The position numbers were made by a program, and so were the translations under genes. Shown here piece by piece: positions 26,001 to 35,077 of a stretch of 64,000 bases of DNA. How positions within the stretch are numbered: the stretch's first letter is position 1; each line of letters begins with the position of its first letter. Where the stretch lies: NCBI GenBank assembly GCA_031296325.1, contig JARLFY010000004.1, forward strand, positions 58-64,057, written 5' to 3'. Origin of the DNA: Acidobacteriaceae bacterium (GTDB taxonomy: Bacteria; Acidobacteriota; Terriglobia; Terriglobales; Acidobacteriaceae). The notes under the pieces were generated by a model. The model was not told the origin of the DNA. It was given only the letters and a program-made list of their open reading frames with translations, and made no database searches.

Positions 26001-29000
26001 GGACGGGGTCGGGTGGCTGCGGCACGATCTCTGGAACCAGCGTGTTGCTGATGGGCGGAGCTTGTACCTTCAGCGTGACGCCAAACCTTGGCTATAACGG
26101 TCTGTTGGTGAATAACACGACTACGCTGTTGCCTGCGACCTCCATCGGTTCGCTGGTTCTGTCCGCGCAGGAGCCTTCGGGAATCACCTATACAACCACG
26201 ACGAGCGTGACCGGGCCGAGCAGCGCTGTATATCTGAGCGCGGGTACGGAGGTTACGTTCAATGTGGCGGAGTCGTCGACCAATAGCAACTCGCAGAACG
26301 GCGAGAGCGTTAAGGTTACGATCGACACTGGCTCGCCAACGTCGTATACCTTGAGCGGCGGTTCGGTCAGCGTTCCGGTCTCCGGCTTGACGGTTGGGAC
26401 TCACACCATCGTGGCGACCTATCCGGGCGATGGAACCTACCTGAGTTCTACCAGCAATACTCTGAGCTTCAATATTACTCAGGCTTCCACCTCGGTTAGC
26501 TGGACTCCGGGAGTTCTTACGCAGCAATATAGCGCGGCCATCGGAACCAGCGTTCTGAATGCAACCTCCAGCACACCGGGCAGCTTTATCTACACGGCGA
26601 CTCCGACTGGGGGATCGGCTCGGTTCATCCACTCCGCCAGCTACCTTGCGGTGGGAACCTACTCGTTGGGCGTGACGTTTGTGCCGACGGACTCGGTGGA
26701 TTTTGCACAGTCCACGGCCAGCGTCACTTCGTATATTGTGACCAAGGCGACGACCACGGCAGCCGTGGGAGCGACACAGTTTCTGGTCGCCTCCGACGGC
26801 ACGGGCAACTATACCTCCGTGCAGGCTGCAGTTAATGCGCTGCCCTCGGGCGGATCGGTCTACATCAAGCCGGGAACTTACACAGGCGACATTACGGTGG
26901 TGCAACCCAACCTCGCTCTGCGTGGACTGGGCGGCGATCCAACCAAGGTTGTCCTTACTCACGCAGGAGGAGCCTTTGGCGGCACTGGGGTCTATGCCTA
27001 CGCCGGAGAGTTCTCGGTGGCAATGGAGAACGGCTATCAACTTCCGACGGGCAGTTCGCAGTTTACGGGAGACGAAGGCTCTGCGACGCTGGTCGTTGCC
27101 AAGGGAATCAATACGGCCCTGAGTACTGCGACCCAAATTCCAAATGGCTTCTACGGTGAGAACTTTACGTTGGCCAACACCTACGATACCGACACTACAA
27201 CGACGACCACGACCTATCTTCCCGCAGCCAATAGCGGAACCTGCACCGCCAGCGAAGGCGCTGCGCAGACTTATAACTATCTATATAACAACTCATTGCT
27301 CTGCGCCTCGCAGGCTCTCGCCATCTGGACGACCTCCGACCTGTCGGTGATGAACAACGTGTATACCACCAGCCTGCAGGACACTATCTACACCGCCAGT
27401 CAGGGATCGGGCAGCAACGGCTACGTTCCGGCGCGGCAATACTGGTTCCGCGGCAAGGTGACCGGCGACGTGGACTATATATTTGGCGACGCGGCTGCGG
27501 TCTTCGACAATACCAGCATCTACACCGCATGGCACGGAACCACAGCCACCGGAACGGAGACGATTCACGCGCAGAACAAGGCGATGCAGACCGGCGGCAC
27601 TGGAGATTACCTGAGCGGCTACGTCATGAACAGCGGCGTATTCACCTCGCAGAGCACAGGGATGACGAATCTATATTTAGGTCGTCCCTATGGCAACTAC
27701 TCGACGTGGATCATGTTGAACTCCTACGTCGATCAGGTGAACTCGCTTGGCTATACGACGGGCCTCGGGCCAACGCTGTCCGGCAATACGTTTGGCGAGT
27801 TCAACGACATGGCGTATACGGATCCGACGACTAACTCCGCCGATCTCAACGGCGTGGTCTATCTGGGATCGGGCGGAAACATTGGCGGAGGAGTTACCGG
27901 AGTGCGCGAGACAGGATCTACAAATCCTGGGACGCTTGAGGTTGCGAACTCGTCACTTGGCTTCCAGAACAACTATCCTACGCTGGCAAACACCACGCTT
28001 TCGCAGGCCGAGGCGCAGGCTTACTTCCCGACGAACTTCCTGAGCCAGACCGTGTCGTCGCTGGTCTCCACAACCCAGAACTGGGCTCCTACGACGGCGA
28101 TTGCCTCTGCGGTCAATGCCTTTGTTCCATCCAGCAGTTCGGCGTCGGTTGCGAGCGGAACCAGCGTCACTATCCTGATGCGTCCTCAGACCCCTGGGCT
28201 GGGAGCCGTCAGCAATGGCGTGTATACCATTCCAACGGGAACTTATACGTTGACCGATACGGTTGGCGGATCGACAACGACGCTCGCCTCGGGCTCGCTC
28301 GACACATCGGGCAACGCCTATCTGACCACCTCTACGTTGGCAGCAGGAATACACAAGATCTCCATGAGCTATGGCGGCGACAGTAATTTCTCCGCCTCCA
28401 CCTCAGCCACGCCCTTTGTCCTTACCGTAACCGCAGCGGGAACCACGACTCCGTCGATCTCGATCCAACCCGCAGCCAATGCGACGTATGGCGCCGCGAC
28501 GACGGTTACGGTCAACGTTTCAGCCACCAGCGGAACGACGGTTCCTTCGGGACTGGTACAGTTGTCGGTCGATGGAGGAACGGCGCAGAGCGGCACGCTA
28601 TCCAGTGCGGGAGTTTATACCTTCACGGTGTCGTCGCTGAGCGCAGGAAGCCATAGCCTCAGCGTGACCTACAACGGCGACAATAATTTTGGAGCAGCTA
28701 TTTCAAGCAGCGCCATGGTTGTAGCTCGCAGCGTTCTACAGGTTGCGGCGAACAGCTATTCCATCGTGGTGAATCAGTCCGTACCCACCTACACTGCGGC
28801 CATTACTGGCTTTGTGAATGGAGATCTGCAATCGAGCGTCGTTACAGGGGCTCCTTCGTTGACGACCAGTCCTGCGACGCCCAGCGCGGTTGGAATTTAT
28901 ACCATTACTGCATCGACGGGAACCCTCGCAGCCAGCAACTATACCTTCACCTTTACCAATGGTTCCTTGACGATCAAGTCCGCTACGCAGGCTGTTGCCG

Positions 29001-32000
29001 TGGCCACCGGCGATAGTCGCACGGTGACCGAACCCGTAATTCCAGCGATCTGCACGACGCTGACTGCGGCGCTTACCTCGGTGAACGACGACCTGCCCAC
29101 AACGGTTGACGCCACTGTCAGCAACCCGGACGGCGCACGAATTCAGGCTGCATTGAACGCCTGCGCCAGCACCAGCAAAGCGGTTCGTCTCTCGCCGGAT
29201 GGGGCAGGGCATAATGCGTATCTGACGGGGCCGCTCACCATGCCTACGGGAGTGACGCTGTTGGTCGATCCTGGCGTTGTCGTCTATTTTTCGCGCAACG
29301 TGCAGGATTACGATCTTGTTGCCGGAACGCATACCTGCGGTACGGTCAACTCAAATACTGCGACCAACTCCTGCTTGCCGCTCATCAATATCAGCGGCGT
29401 TTCCAACGTCGGAATTATGGGCTTTGGCAAGCTGGATGGACGCGGCGGCGATGTGTTGCTCAACACGTTCCCCACGAGCAATGTGGGCCAGAGCTGGTGG
29501 GGATTGTCGACGATTGCCAATAGCGGAGGCAATCAGCAAAACCCGCGTTTCATTCAGATTGCCAACTCCACCAATGTGACGCTGTACAAGATTACCCTGC
29601 GTAATTCGCCGCTGTTCCATGTCTCCACGACAGGCTCGGGAACCAATGGCCTGACCGCGTGGGACGTGAAGATCGTAACGCCAACCAATGCGCGCAACAC
29701 GGATGGCATCGATCCCGATCAGGCCAAGAACTTCACCGTTACGCAGTCCTGGATCTCCGATGGCGATGACAATATTGCGATCGGCGCATCTGGAAGCTCT
29801 AGTTCCGCTTCCAGCAATATGTCCATCACAAACAATCATTTCTTTGCCGGACATGGTGAATCCATTGGAAGCTATACGTCGGCTGGGGTGAGCAATATTC
29901 TGTTCGACAGAAATATGCTCTCCGGCAATAGCAGCGTGGATGGAAACTCTACGGGAATTCGCATTAAATCCGCGAATGATCGTGGCGGCGTAGTTCAGAA
30001 TATTCAGTATTCCAACTCCTGCCTACAGAACCACGCAACCGAGATTCAACTTACCCCGCTGTATAACTCCAACAGCGGAACCCTGACTCCCAATTTCACC
30101 AATATTCTGATGCAGAACCTGACATTCCTGACCGCAGGCACGGTGGGACTGACCGGAGCGAGTAACAGTGGAACCGTCAATCCGCTTGGCTTGACTCTCG
30201 ATAATGTCAGCTTTGCAACGCTGCCGTCGTCAGACGTTACGCCTGCGCCGACCAATGTTGCTTTGACTTACGGTCCGGGCCAGGTCTCCAGTAACTTCGT
30301 CACGGATTACGCAAGCTATGTCGGCAGCAATGGCAACACGCTCGCCGATAATCGCACCGCGACCTCTCTGCTGCCGCCCTCTTGCAGCTTTACCGCGATT
30401 GCTCCAGAGCTTACCGGTCCGGCTGGGTTGCCGCAGACTATTCTCTCTGGCCAGACAGCTACGGCCATGGTGATCCTGACTCCGGCTGTAGGAGGCAGCG
30501 CGTATCCCACCGGAACGGTCACGCTCTCGGATGGAGCCAGTAGTACGACCACCGTAACGCTGTCAGGAACCGGGGACACAATCTCCATTCCATTGAGCAA
30601 CCTATCTGTCGGTACGCACACCTTCACCGCAACCTACTCCGGCGATACTAATTACGTTCCGTCCGTGAGCGGAACACCGTACACCACGACAGCTCCGTAT
30701 CTGATTACCGTCAATGCGGGCAGTCTCGCCGCCAGCACAACAGGGCTATCCGGCGTGCCGACTACCTCGATCGTTGGAACTGCCTTCACGGCGACGGCCA
30801 CCGTCGCAGGCAGTAATCCGACTGGCACAGTGTCGTTTGTCGCGAACGGAGCGGTCTATGCGTCCGTTGCACTCGGATCGTCGGGAACGGCGCAGGCGAC
30901 TTTCAATCTACCGGTTGGCAGCTATTCGATCACTGCGATCTACAGTGGAGATGCTCTGAATGCATCTTCGACTTCTGCCCTCTCCGCCTCATCGGTCACG
31001 GCAATTTCGCAGACCATTACCTTTACCGATAATCTGCCTGCGTCGGCGACTTATAGCTCGGGACTTACCTATACGCTCAGCGCTACGGGAGGAGCTTCCG
31101 GAAATGCCGTCGTCTTCAGCGTTCTTTCCGGGCCGGGAACGATCAGTGGAAATACACTGACGATAACAGCAGCCGGAACTATCCAGATTGCCGCGAATCA
31201 AGCGGGGAACGCGACATATTCGGCTGCGTCGCAGGTGACACAGAGTATCGTGATTAACAATCCAATGGCGCAGACAATTACCTTCACCGATAGTCTTCCC
31301 GCCTCGGCGACTTATAGCTCCGGGCTGACCTATACGATCAGCGCCACAGGAGGAGGTTCGGGCAATCCCGTCACCTTTACCGTGACTGGACCAGCTACTC
31401 TCACAGGCAGTACGCTGAACATTACCGGTGTAGGAACCGTTACGATTACCGCGAATCAGGCTGCTGGTTCAGGGTACACAGCGGCAACCGCAGTGACGCA
31501 AAGTATCGTGATCAACGCGATTGCACAGACGATTTCCTTCACTAACAATCTTCCTGCGTCGGCGACTTATAGCTCCGGGCTGACTTATACGATCAGTGCA
31601 ACAGGCGGAGGTTCGGGTAATGCCGTTACCTTTACTGTGACTGGGCCGGGGACGATCAGTGGAAACACGTTGACCGTAACTGGAGCTGGAACTATTCAAA
31701 TATCTGCGAATCAAGCGGGAAATACAATTTATTCAGCTGCATCGCAGGTAACACAGGGCATCGTGATTAATCCAGCGACACAGATTATTAATTTCACCGC
31801 GCCGACCACTCCTGTAACCTACGGCGTCTCTCCCATCACGCTGGTTGCTACTGGAGGAGCCTCTGGAAACGCTGTCGTCTTCAGCGTACTGAGCGGTCCA
31901 GGAACGATCAGCGGGAACACCCTGACTGTCACCGGAGCTGGAACGATCCAGATCGTAGCGAATCAGGCTGGAAATACAAATTATCTGGCGGCCGCACAGG

Positions 32001-33010
32001 TGACGCAGAGTATCGTGGTCAACATCGCCGGGGCTGCTGCTACGCCGACCTTTACGCCGGCGGCTGGAACCTATGCGCCGGGGCAGACGGTTACGATCAG
32101 CGATGCAACGACGGGTGCGATTATCTACTACACCACCAATAACACGACCCCAACGACCAGTTCGAGCGTGTACAAAGGAGCGATCACGCTCTCGGCTACA
32201 GAGACACTACAGGCGATCGCGACCGCCAATGGCTACTCCACCAGTGCTGTGGCAACAGCGGCCTATAACATCGCGAATCCTGTGCCGGGGGTCGCCGGAC
32301 TCTCCCCTGCCACAACCACTGCCGGGGGGGCAGCGTTCACGCTTACGATCAACGGATCGGGGTTCATGACAAACTCCACGGTCTATTGGAACGGTTATGC
32401 TCTGACCACGCTGTATGTCAGTGCGACTCAGCTTACGGTACAGATTCCTGCGGCTGAAATCGACAATGCAGGAACCATTGCCATTACGGTGCAGACGCCA
32501 TTGCCGGGCGGTGGAACCTCCAACGCATATCAGTTTGAGGTGAACTCCGCCAACGCTGGATCGACTGCGCCAACCATCAGCACTTTGACGGCGACCGCCA
32601 CGGCTGGCTCCTCAACCACCTACCCGGTGGCCGTGCCATCTGGAGTGTTGAGCGTCTCCGTCGCCTGCCTGAATCTGCCTGCTGGAGCAACGTGCAGCTA
32701 CGCCTCCAATGTGGTGACGATCACTACTTCTTCGACCACGCCGAAAGGAACCTATCAAATCATTATTGTCTTCACAGAAACCTTGTCCGGTGTGGCCAGC
32801 GCAGGAATTCTGCTGCCAATTCTTCTGCTGCCTCTTCTGTTTATGAGGAGAAAATTGGCTGTGCGGGGCATCTGGCTTACGGCTTCTCTGGGGCTGATTC
32901 TGATGGCCGCTGCGGCTTCCATGATCGGCTGCGGTGGAGGCTCCAACACACCACCTGCTCAGACGCATCAGGTAACGAGTTCGACGATTGTCAGTCTCAC
33001 GGTCCAGTAG
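23024..33010 (+). CDS. Giant secreted multidomain protein: NHL repeats, Ig-like domains, CE8 pectin methylesterase, GH28 glycosidase, tandem Ig repeats, C-terminal membrane/lipobox module
   Basis: Signal peptide ending LLLPAQAQ; repeated VDxxGNxYxxD; CE8 motifs QALA (27311), QDT (27377), DYIFG (27473), LGRPY (27677); GH28 motifs NTDG (29696), GDD (29762), GHG (29849), RIK (29960). Confidence 0.88.
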   Translation: MVSKFAPLACLFRSNTNFSAKATTLRQQAVDLVRLGFGIALAAMVCACLLLLPAQAQVNPTPNTFSTYAGSYTGTYSVGGVCGGASSGSKYTALDTLGNGCPLTQAILGPSLSGIGVDGAGNVFVFDYTNGQVRRIDAKSGIVTKVIGTANTLCSASGGATGTLQDALGSGCVNGSAKGPATARGMNVDPWGNVILGSYNSNTINVVCLSTSPLCPNTAGRKQVGSMYRVAGCVAAQAGAATAPSGITAYTGGDDSPASPFQNLAGDVAAWGLTGTAATTATVGAAGTCSNTVGGVTSARNAQADKYGNVYIADTSGERYRVVLGPPSYNGVTNPMFAIINMNPKYTATEGFIYTILGSFSSFTSGSVTYNIPTAAGGACSSASTTITATDTFGDGCLYFETGKPSGATTPAGLGVDKDGNPIFSDTQDSVVRVLYVGGTTMANIISLNNGGLTPVVGTVYAIEGTGTATKGSTPELNVGSSSISTSNTKVAVDGQGNIYLSDGSGVNIIDSVTGYLRRPITTSGTLCTGGATNGDGCPAGSAQTWTSLSSVGTAITVDNLGNLYLADSTGRVRKVLAGTLYPTAVGSSFTQAVILHEPAGTTGITATLLNASPGITIPTTAPVCTLYTTASDNTADCKVLVTFTPTVAGKVGATLSVTNVGGGGATTIYPLVGVATDAALVTDTASPVTSPLATFGASGQPTSLAVDTGGNLYTIDKHTLTVEQITPAGVVTSVGTAPSGANQVAVDTTGNVYVTAIGASSVTKFSLASAGGSYTSSTITNAAVAKPQGVAFDVQGNMYMSDATTASVYQVANNAGYATLAAPTVIASGLANPTLLTFDGFGNLIIADTGVVYSVNASTGVLGTVASASAGGVVISGLTPVGIAADAGGDVYIQDSGSKKVYEIPSQSFVPNDVTVLSGETTPSGVAVDGAGNIYVADSGLATTAVVKVARAAETYTFPTGTTTYSGTFTNTGNASSTGFAQTDAAEFPYTGTGSGGCGTISGTSVLLMGGACTFSVTPNLGYNGLLVNNTTTLLPATSIGSLVLSAQEPSGITYTTTTSVTGPSSAVYLSAGTEVTFNVAESSTNSNSQNGESVKVTIDTGSPTSYTLSGGSVSVPVSGLTVGTHTIVATYPGDGTYLSSTSNTLSFNITQASTSVSWTPGVLTQQYSAAIGTSVLNATSSTPGSFIYTATPTGGSARFIHSASYLAVGTYSLGVTFVPTDSVDFAQSTASVTSYIVTKATTTAAVGATQFLVASDGTGNYTSVQAAVNALPSGGSVYIKPGTYTGDITVVQPNLALRGLGGDPTKVVLTHAGGAFGGTGVYAYAGEFSVAMENGYQLPTGSSQFTGDEGSATLVVAKGINTALSTATQIPNGFYGENFTLANTYDTDTTTTTTTYLPAANSGTCTASEGAAQTYNYLYNNSLLCASQALAIWTTSDLSVMNNVYTTSLQDTIYTASQGSGSNGYVPARQYWFRGKVTGDVDYIFGDAAAVFDNTSIYTAWHGTTATGTETIHAQNKAMQTGGTGDYLSGYVMNSGVFTSQSTGMTNLYLGRPYGNYSTWIMLNSYVDQVNSLGYTTGLGPTLSGNTFGEFNDMAYTDPTTNSADLNGVVYLGSGGNIGGGVTGVRETGSTNPGTLEVANSSLGFQNNYPTLANTTLSQAEAQAYFPTNFLSQTVSSLVSTTQNWAPTTAIASAVNAFVPSSSSASVASGTSVTILMRPQTPGLGAVSNGVYTIPTGTYTLTDTVGGSTTTLASGSLDTSGNAYLTTSTLAAGIHKISMSYGGDSNFSASTSATPFVLTVTAAGTTTPSISIQPAANATYGAATTVTVNVSATSGTTVPSGLVQLSVDGGTAQSGTLSSAGVYTFTVSSLSAGSHSLSVTYNGDNNFGAAISSSAMVVARSVLQVAANSYSIVVNQSVPTYTAAITGFVNGDLQSSVVTGAPSLTTSPATPSAVGIYTITASTGTLAASNYTFTFTNGSLTIKSATQAVAVATGDSRTVTEPVIPAICTTLTAALTSVNDDLPTTVDATVSNPDGARIQAALNACASTSKAVRLSPDGAGHNAYLTGPLTMPTGVTLLVDPGVVVYFSRNVQDYDLVAGTHTCGTVNSNTATNSCLPLINISGVSNVGIMGFGKLDGRGGDVLLNTFPTSNVGQSWWGLSTIANSGGNQQNPRFIQIANSTNVTLYKITLRNSPLFHVSTTGSGTNGLTAWDVKIVTPTNARNTDGIDPDQAKNFTVTQSWISDGDDNIAIGASGSSSSASSNMSITNNHFFAGHGESIGSYTSAGVSNILFDRNMLSGNSSVDGNSTGIRIKSANDRGGVVQNIQYSNSCLQNHATEIQLTPLYNSNSGTLTPNFTNILMQNLTFLTAGTVGLTGASNSGTVNPLGLTLDNVSFATLPSSDVTPAPTNVALTYGPGQVSSNFVTDYASYVGSNGNTLADNRTATSLLPPSCSFTAIAPELTGPAGLPQTILSGQTATAMVILTPAVGGSAYPTGTVTLSDGASSTTTVTLSGTGDTISIPLSNLSVGTHTFTATYSGDTNYVPSVSGTPYTTTAPYLITVNAGSLAASTTGLSGVPTTSIVGTAFTATATVAGSNPTGTVSFVANGAVYASVALGSSGTAQATFNLPVGSYSITAIYSGDALNASSTSALSASSVTAISQTITFTDNLPASATYSSGLTYTLSATGGASGNAVVFSVLSGPGTISGNTLTITAAGTIQIAANQAGNATYSAASQVTQSIVINNPMAQTITFTDSLPASATYSSGLTYTISATGGGSGNPVTFTVTGPATLTGSTLNITGVGTVTITANQAAGSGYTAATAVTQSIVINAIAQTISFTNNLPASATYSSGLTYTISATGGGSGNAVTFTVTGPGTISGNTLTVTGAGTIQISANQAGNTIYSAASQVTQGIVINPATQIINFTAPTTPVTYGVSPITLVATGGASGNAVVFSVLSGPGTISGNTLTVTGAGTIQIVANQAGNTNYLAAAQVTQSIVVNIAGAAATPTFTPAAGTYAPGQTVTISDATTGAIIYYTTNNTTPTTSSSVYKGAITLSATETLQAIATANGYSTSAVATAAYNIANPVPGVAGLSPATTTAGGAAFTLTINGSGFMTNSTVYWNGYALTTLYVSATQLTVQIPAAEIDNAGTIAITVQTPLPGGGTSNAYQFEVNSANAGSTAPTISTLTATATAGSSTTYPVAVPSGVLSVSVACLNLPAGATCSYASNVVTITTSSTTPKGTYQIIIVFTETLSGVASAGILLPILLLPLLFMRRKLAVRGIWLTASLGLILMAAAASMIGCGGGSNTPPAQTHQVTSSTIVSLTVQ
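31010..32022 (+). repeat. Four tandem ~85-aa Ig-like repeats within the giant gene
   Basis: QTITFT.NLPASATYSSGLTYT.SATGG.SGN.V.F.V..GP.T..GN.LT...GT..I.ANQA units near 31010, 31271, 31526 and 31781. Confidence 0.85.
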
Positions 33011-33071
33011 GAGGTAGTCAGGATACGGGGTTAAGTAACGTCGTTTGTCGACCTGTTCACGATGTTTATGC

Positions 33072-33117
33072 AATGACCGAGAAGACCTCACAGATTTCCG
33101 AGGTCTTCCCGGTCATT
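33072..33117. terminator. Long hairpin after the giant gene
   Basis: AATGACCGAGAAGACCTC...GAGGTCTTCCCGGTCATT. Confidence 0.6.
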
Positions 33118-33169
33118 TAGCCGTCCAAATCTCTTTCAGCCTAAGGCCTCGCCGTCGTATACTCAGGGC

Positions 33170-33667
33170 ATGTCGATCGTCAAAAATGCCGCTGCCATTG
33201 CCAAGGGGATGAGCATCACCCTGGGGCAGATCTTTCAGCCCACCGAGGTGGAAAACTATCCCGACGGCAAAGGCCCCATGCGTGGCGCGCAGTTTCAGGA
33301 GCGCTTCCGCGGAAGGCATGAGCTACAGCGCGACGAGAACGGTCTGGAGAAGTGCGTAGCCTGTTACCTGTGCGCAGCCGCCTGCCCGTCGAACTGCATC
33401 TACATCGAGGCGGCGGAGAACACCGAGGCACAGCGCATCAGCTCGTCGGATCGCTATGCCAAGGTCTACAACATCGACTACAACCGATGCATCTTCTGCG
33501 GCTACTGCGTGGAGGCCTGCCCGACCGACGCCATCACCCACGGCCATGGCTTCGAGTTGGCTAGCCTGAACGCGACCAGTCTGGTCATGCGCAAAGAAGA
33601 TCTGCTGGTATCAATCAGAACTCAGCCCAACGCTGTTTCTTCGGTCCCAGAGAAGACTTTGTCCTAA
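33170..33667 (+). CDS. nuoI: NADH-quinone oxidoreductase subunit I (2x[4Fe-4S]), standalone
   Basis: RFRGRH, CVACYLCAAACP, RCIFCGYCVEACPTDAI. Confidence 0.92.
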   Translation: MSIVKNAAAIAKGMSITLGQIFQPTEVENYPDGKGPMRGAQFQERFRGRHELQRDENGLEKCVACYLCAAACPSNCIYIEAAENTEAQRISSSDRYAKVYNIDYNRCIFCGYCVEACPTDAITHGHGFELASLNATSLVMRKEDLLVSIRTQPNAVSSVPEKTLS

Positions 33668-33702
33668 CTTCTGCGTTCTCCATTGGCAGGACTAAAACAC
33701 GT

Positions 33703-34914
33703 CTAATAGATGTCGCGCTGATAGCGTTTCTGCTTCTTCATCTTGGCGAGATATTCGACAGCCTGTTCAGGCGTTCCCCCCGAACCCTTGACGATGGCAT
33801 CCAGCAGCGCCTGCTCGACGGCCTTGGCCATGTGCATCGCATCGCCGCAGACGTAGAAGTACGCTCCCCGTTGCAGCCACGCATACAACTCCGCCGCATT
33901 CTCTCGCATGCGATCCTGCACGTAGATCTTCTGCGGCTGGTCGCGCGAGAAGGCTGTATCCAGACGCGTCAGCATTCCCTTCGCCTGCATCTCGATCCAT
34001 TGTTCGTGGTACAGAAAGTCGTAGGCCTGGTGCTGGTCGCCGAAGAAGAGCCAGTTGTCGCCGCTGTCGCCCTTGGCCTGCCGCTCCTCCAAAAACGCAC
34101 GGAAGGGGGCGATTCCGGTTCCCGGTCCGACCATAATCAGCGGAGCCGTCGGATCCTCTGGCAGACGAAAGTTCTGGTTCGAGTGGAGAAAGATCGGTAG
34201 AGTCGCTCCCACATCGGCACGCTCTCCCATCTGCCCGCTGGCCACTCCCAGACGGCTGCGACCGTGCGTATCGTAGCGCACCACGCGCACTGTGGTCTCG
34301 ACTGAATTGGGGTGGACGAGTTGGCTGGACGCAATCGAATAGAGCCGCGGAGTCAGCCGCGAGAGTACGTTGAAGAGTTCCTGCGGCTCTGCGACCGCGC
34401 CGGGAAAGTCCGTGATGAGGTCGATAAATTCGCGTCCCCAGCAGTACTCGTCGCCATGCAGCTTGTTCTCTGGCCCGCAGAGGTGTTGGAGCGCCTCAAA
34501 TCCTCGCCCACCAATGCCCTTCGCCCCCGGTAGTTTGGCATACTGCCCGACGCTGCCGCGCGTCAGTTTGCCGATGGACAGCCGCGTCCGCAGCGCCTCT
34601 TCGAGGCTGATCTCTGCTTTGAAATGATCGAGTACGCGCTCCTCGCCGGTGAATCCCAGCGCACCGAGAACCTCGGCCACAGCCTCCGCACGATTCTCTG
34701 GAATCACGCCAACCGCGTCTCCGGGCGTGTAGGTCATCCCCGCCTCCAGCGAGAAGGCAAAGTGCCGCGTCTCCTTGTCGGAGCCCACGCCGTTCAACAC
34801 GCGGTTGATGACCACGGTTGCCTCGTACGGATTATTGCGCGAGTACTTGGAAGATGTAGCGTTATCCGCAGGTTTCTCAACGACATTAACCTGTAGATCT
34901 TGAACCTCATTCAT
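33703..34914 (-). CDS. CysJ-like FAD/NADPH-binding flavoprotein lacking the FMN (flavodoxin) domain
   Basis: YSRNNPY at the N-terminus, PRLYSIASS, GPGTGIAPF, YVCGDA, RYQRDIY; only 403 aa. Confidence 0.87.
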   Translation of the reverse strand: MNEVQDLQVNVVEKPADNATSSKYSRNNPYEATVVINRVLNGVGSDKETRHFAFSLEAGMTYTPGDAVGVIPENRAEAVAEVLGALGFTGEERVLDHFKAEISLEEALRTRLSIGKLTRGSVGQYAKLPGAKGIGGRGFEALQHLCGPENKLHGDEYCWGREFIDLITDFPGAVAEPQELFNVLSRLTPRLYSIASSQLVHPNSVETTVRVVRYDTHGRSRLGVASGQMGERADVGATLPIFLHSNQNFRLPEDPTAPLIMVGPGTGIAPFRAFLEERQAKGDSGDNWLFFGDQHQAYDFLYHEQWIEMQAKGMLTRLDTAFSRDQPQKIYVQDRMRENAAELYAWLQRGAYFYVCGDAMHMAKAVEQALLDAIVKGSGGTPEQAVEYLAKMKKQKRYQRDIY

Positions 34915-35031
34915 CCCATTATTGTAACCTGCACACGGATCTCTCTCGCAGCAATCACTTTAATCGAAGCGACCATTGGTAGGATCACTCATAGACAGAT
35001 CTGGTGGCGGAAAACGGATACTGTGGCATAC

Positions 35032-35061
35032 TATATAAGGAATATCGCATATTCTTATATA
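35032..35061. promoter_or_regulatory. AT-rich palindrome, probable ArsR operator
   Basis: TATATAAGGAATAT-CGC-ATATTCTTATATA, 16 nt upstream of the ArsR ATG in the divergent intergenic region. Confidence 0.65.
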
Positions 35062-35077
35062 TCGTTTGGAGTGCATC

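Noticed and set aside
33703-34914. Call as sulfite reductase cysJ or as a pseudogene
   Set aside because: No FMN domain or cysI, so not full CysJ; but the ORF is intact, starts at a domain boundary and has its own -10 box, so not evidently decayed
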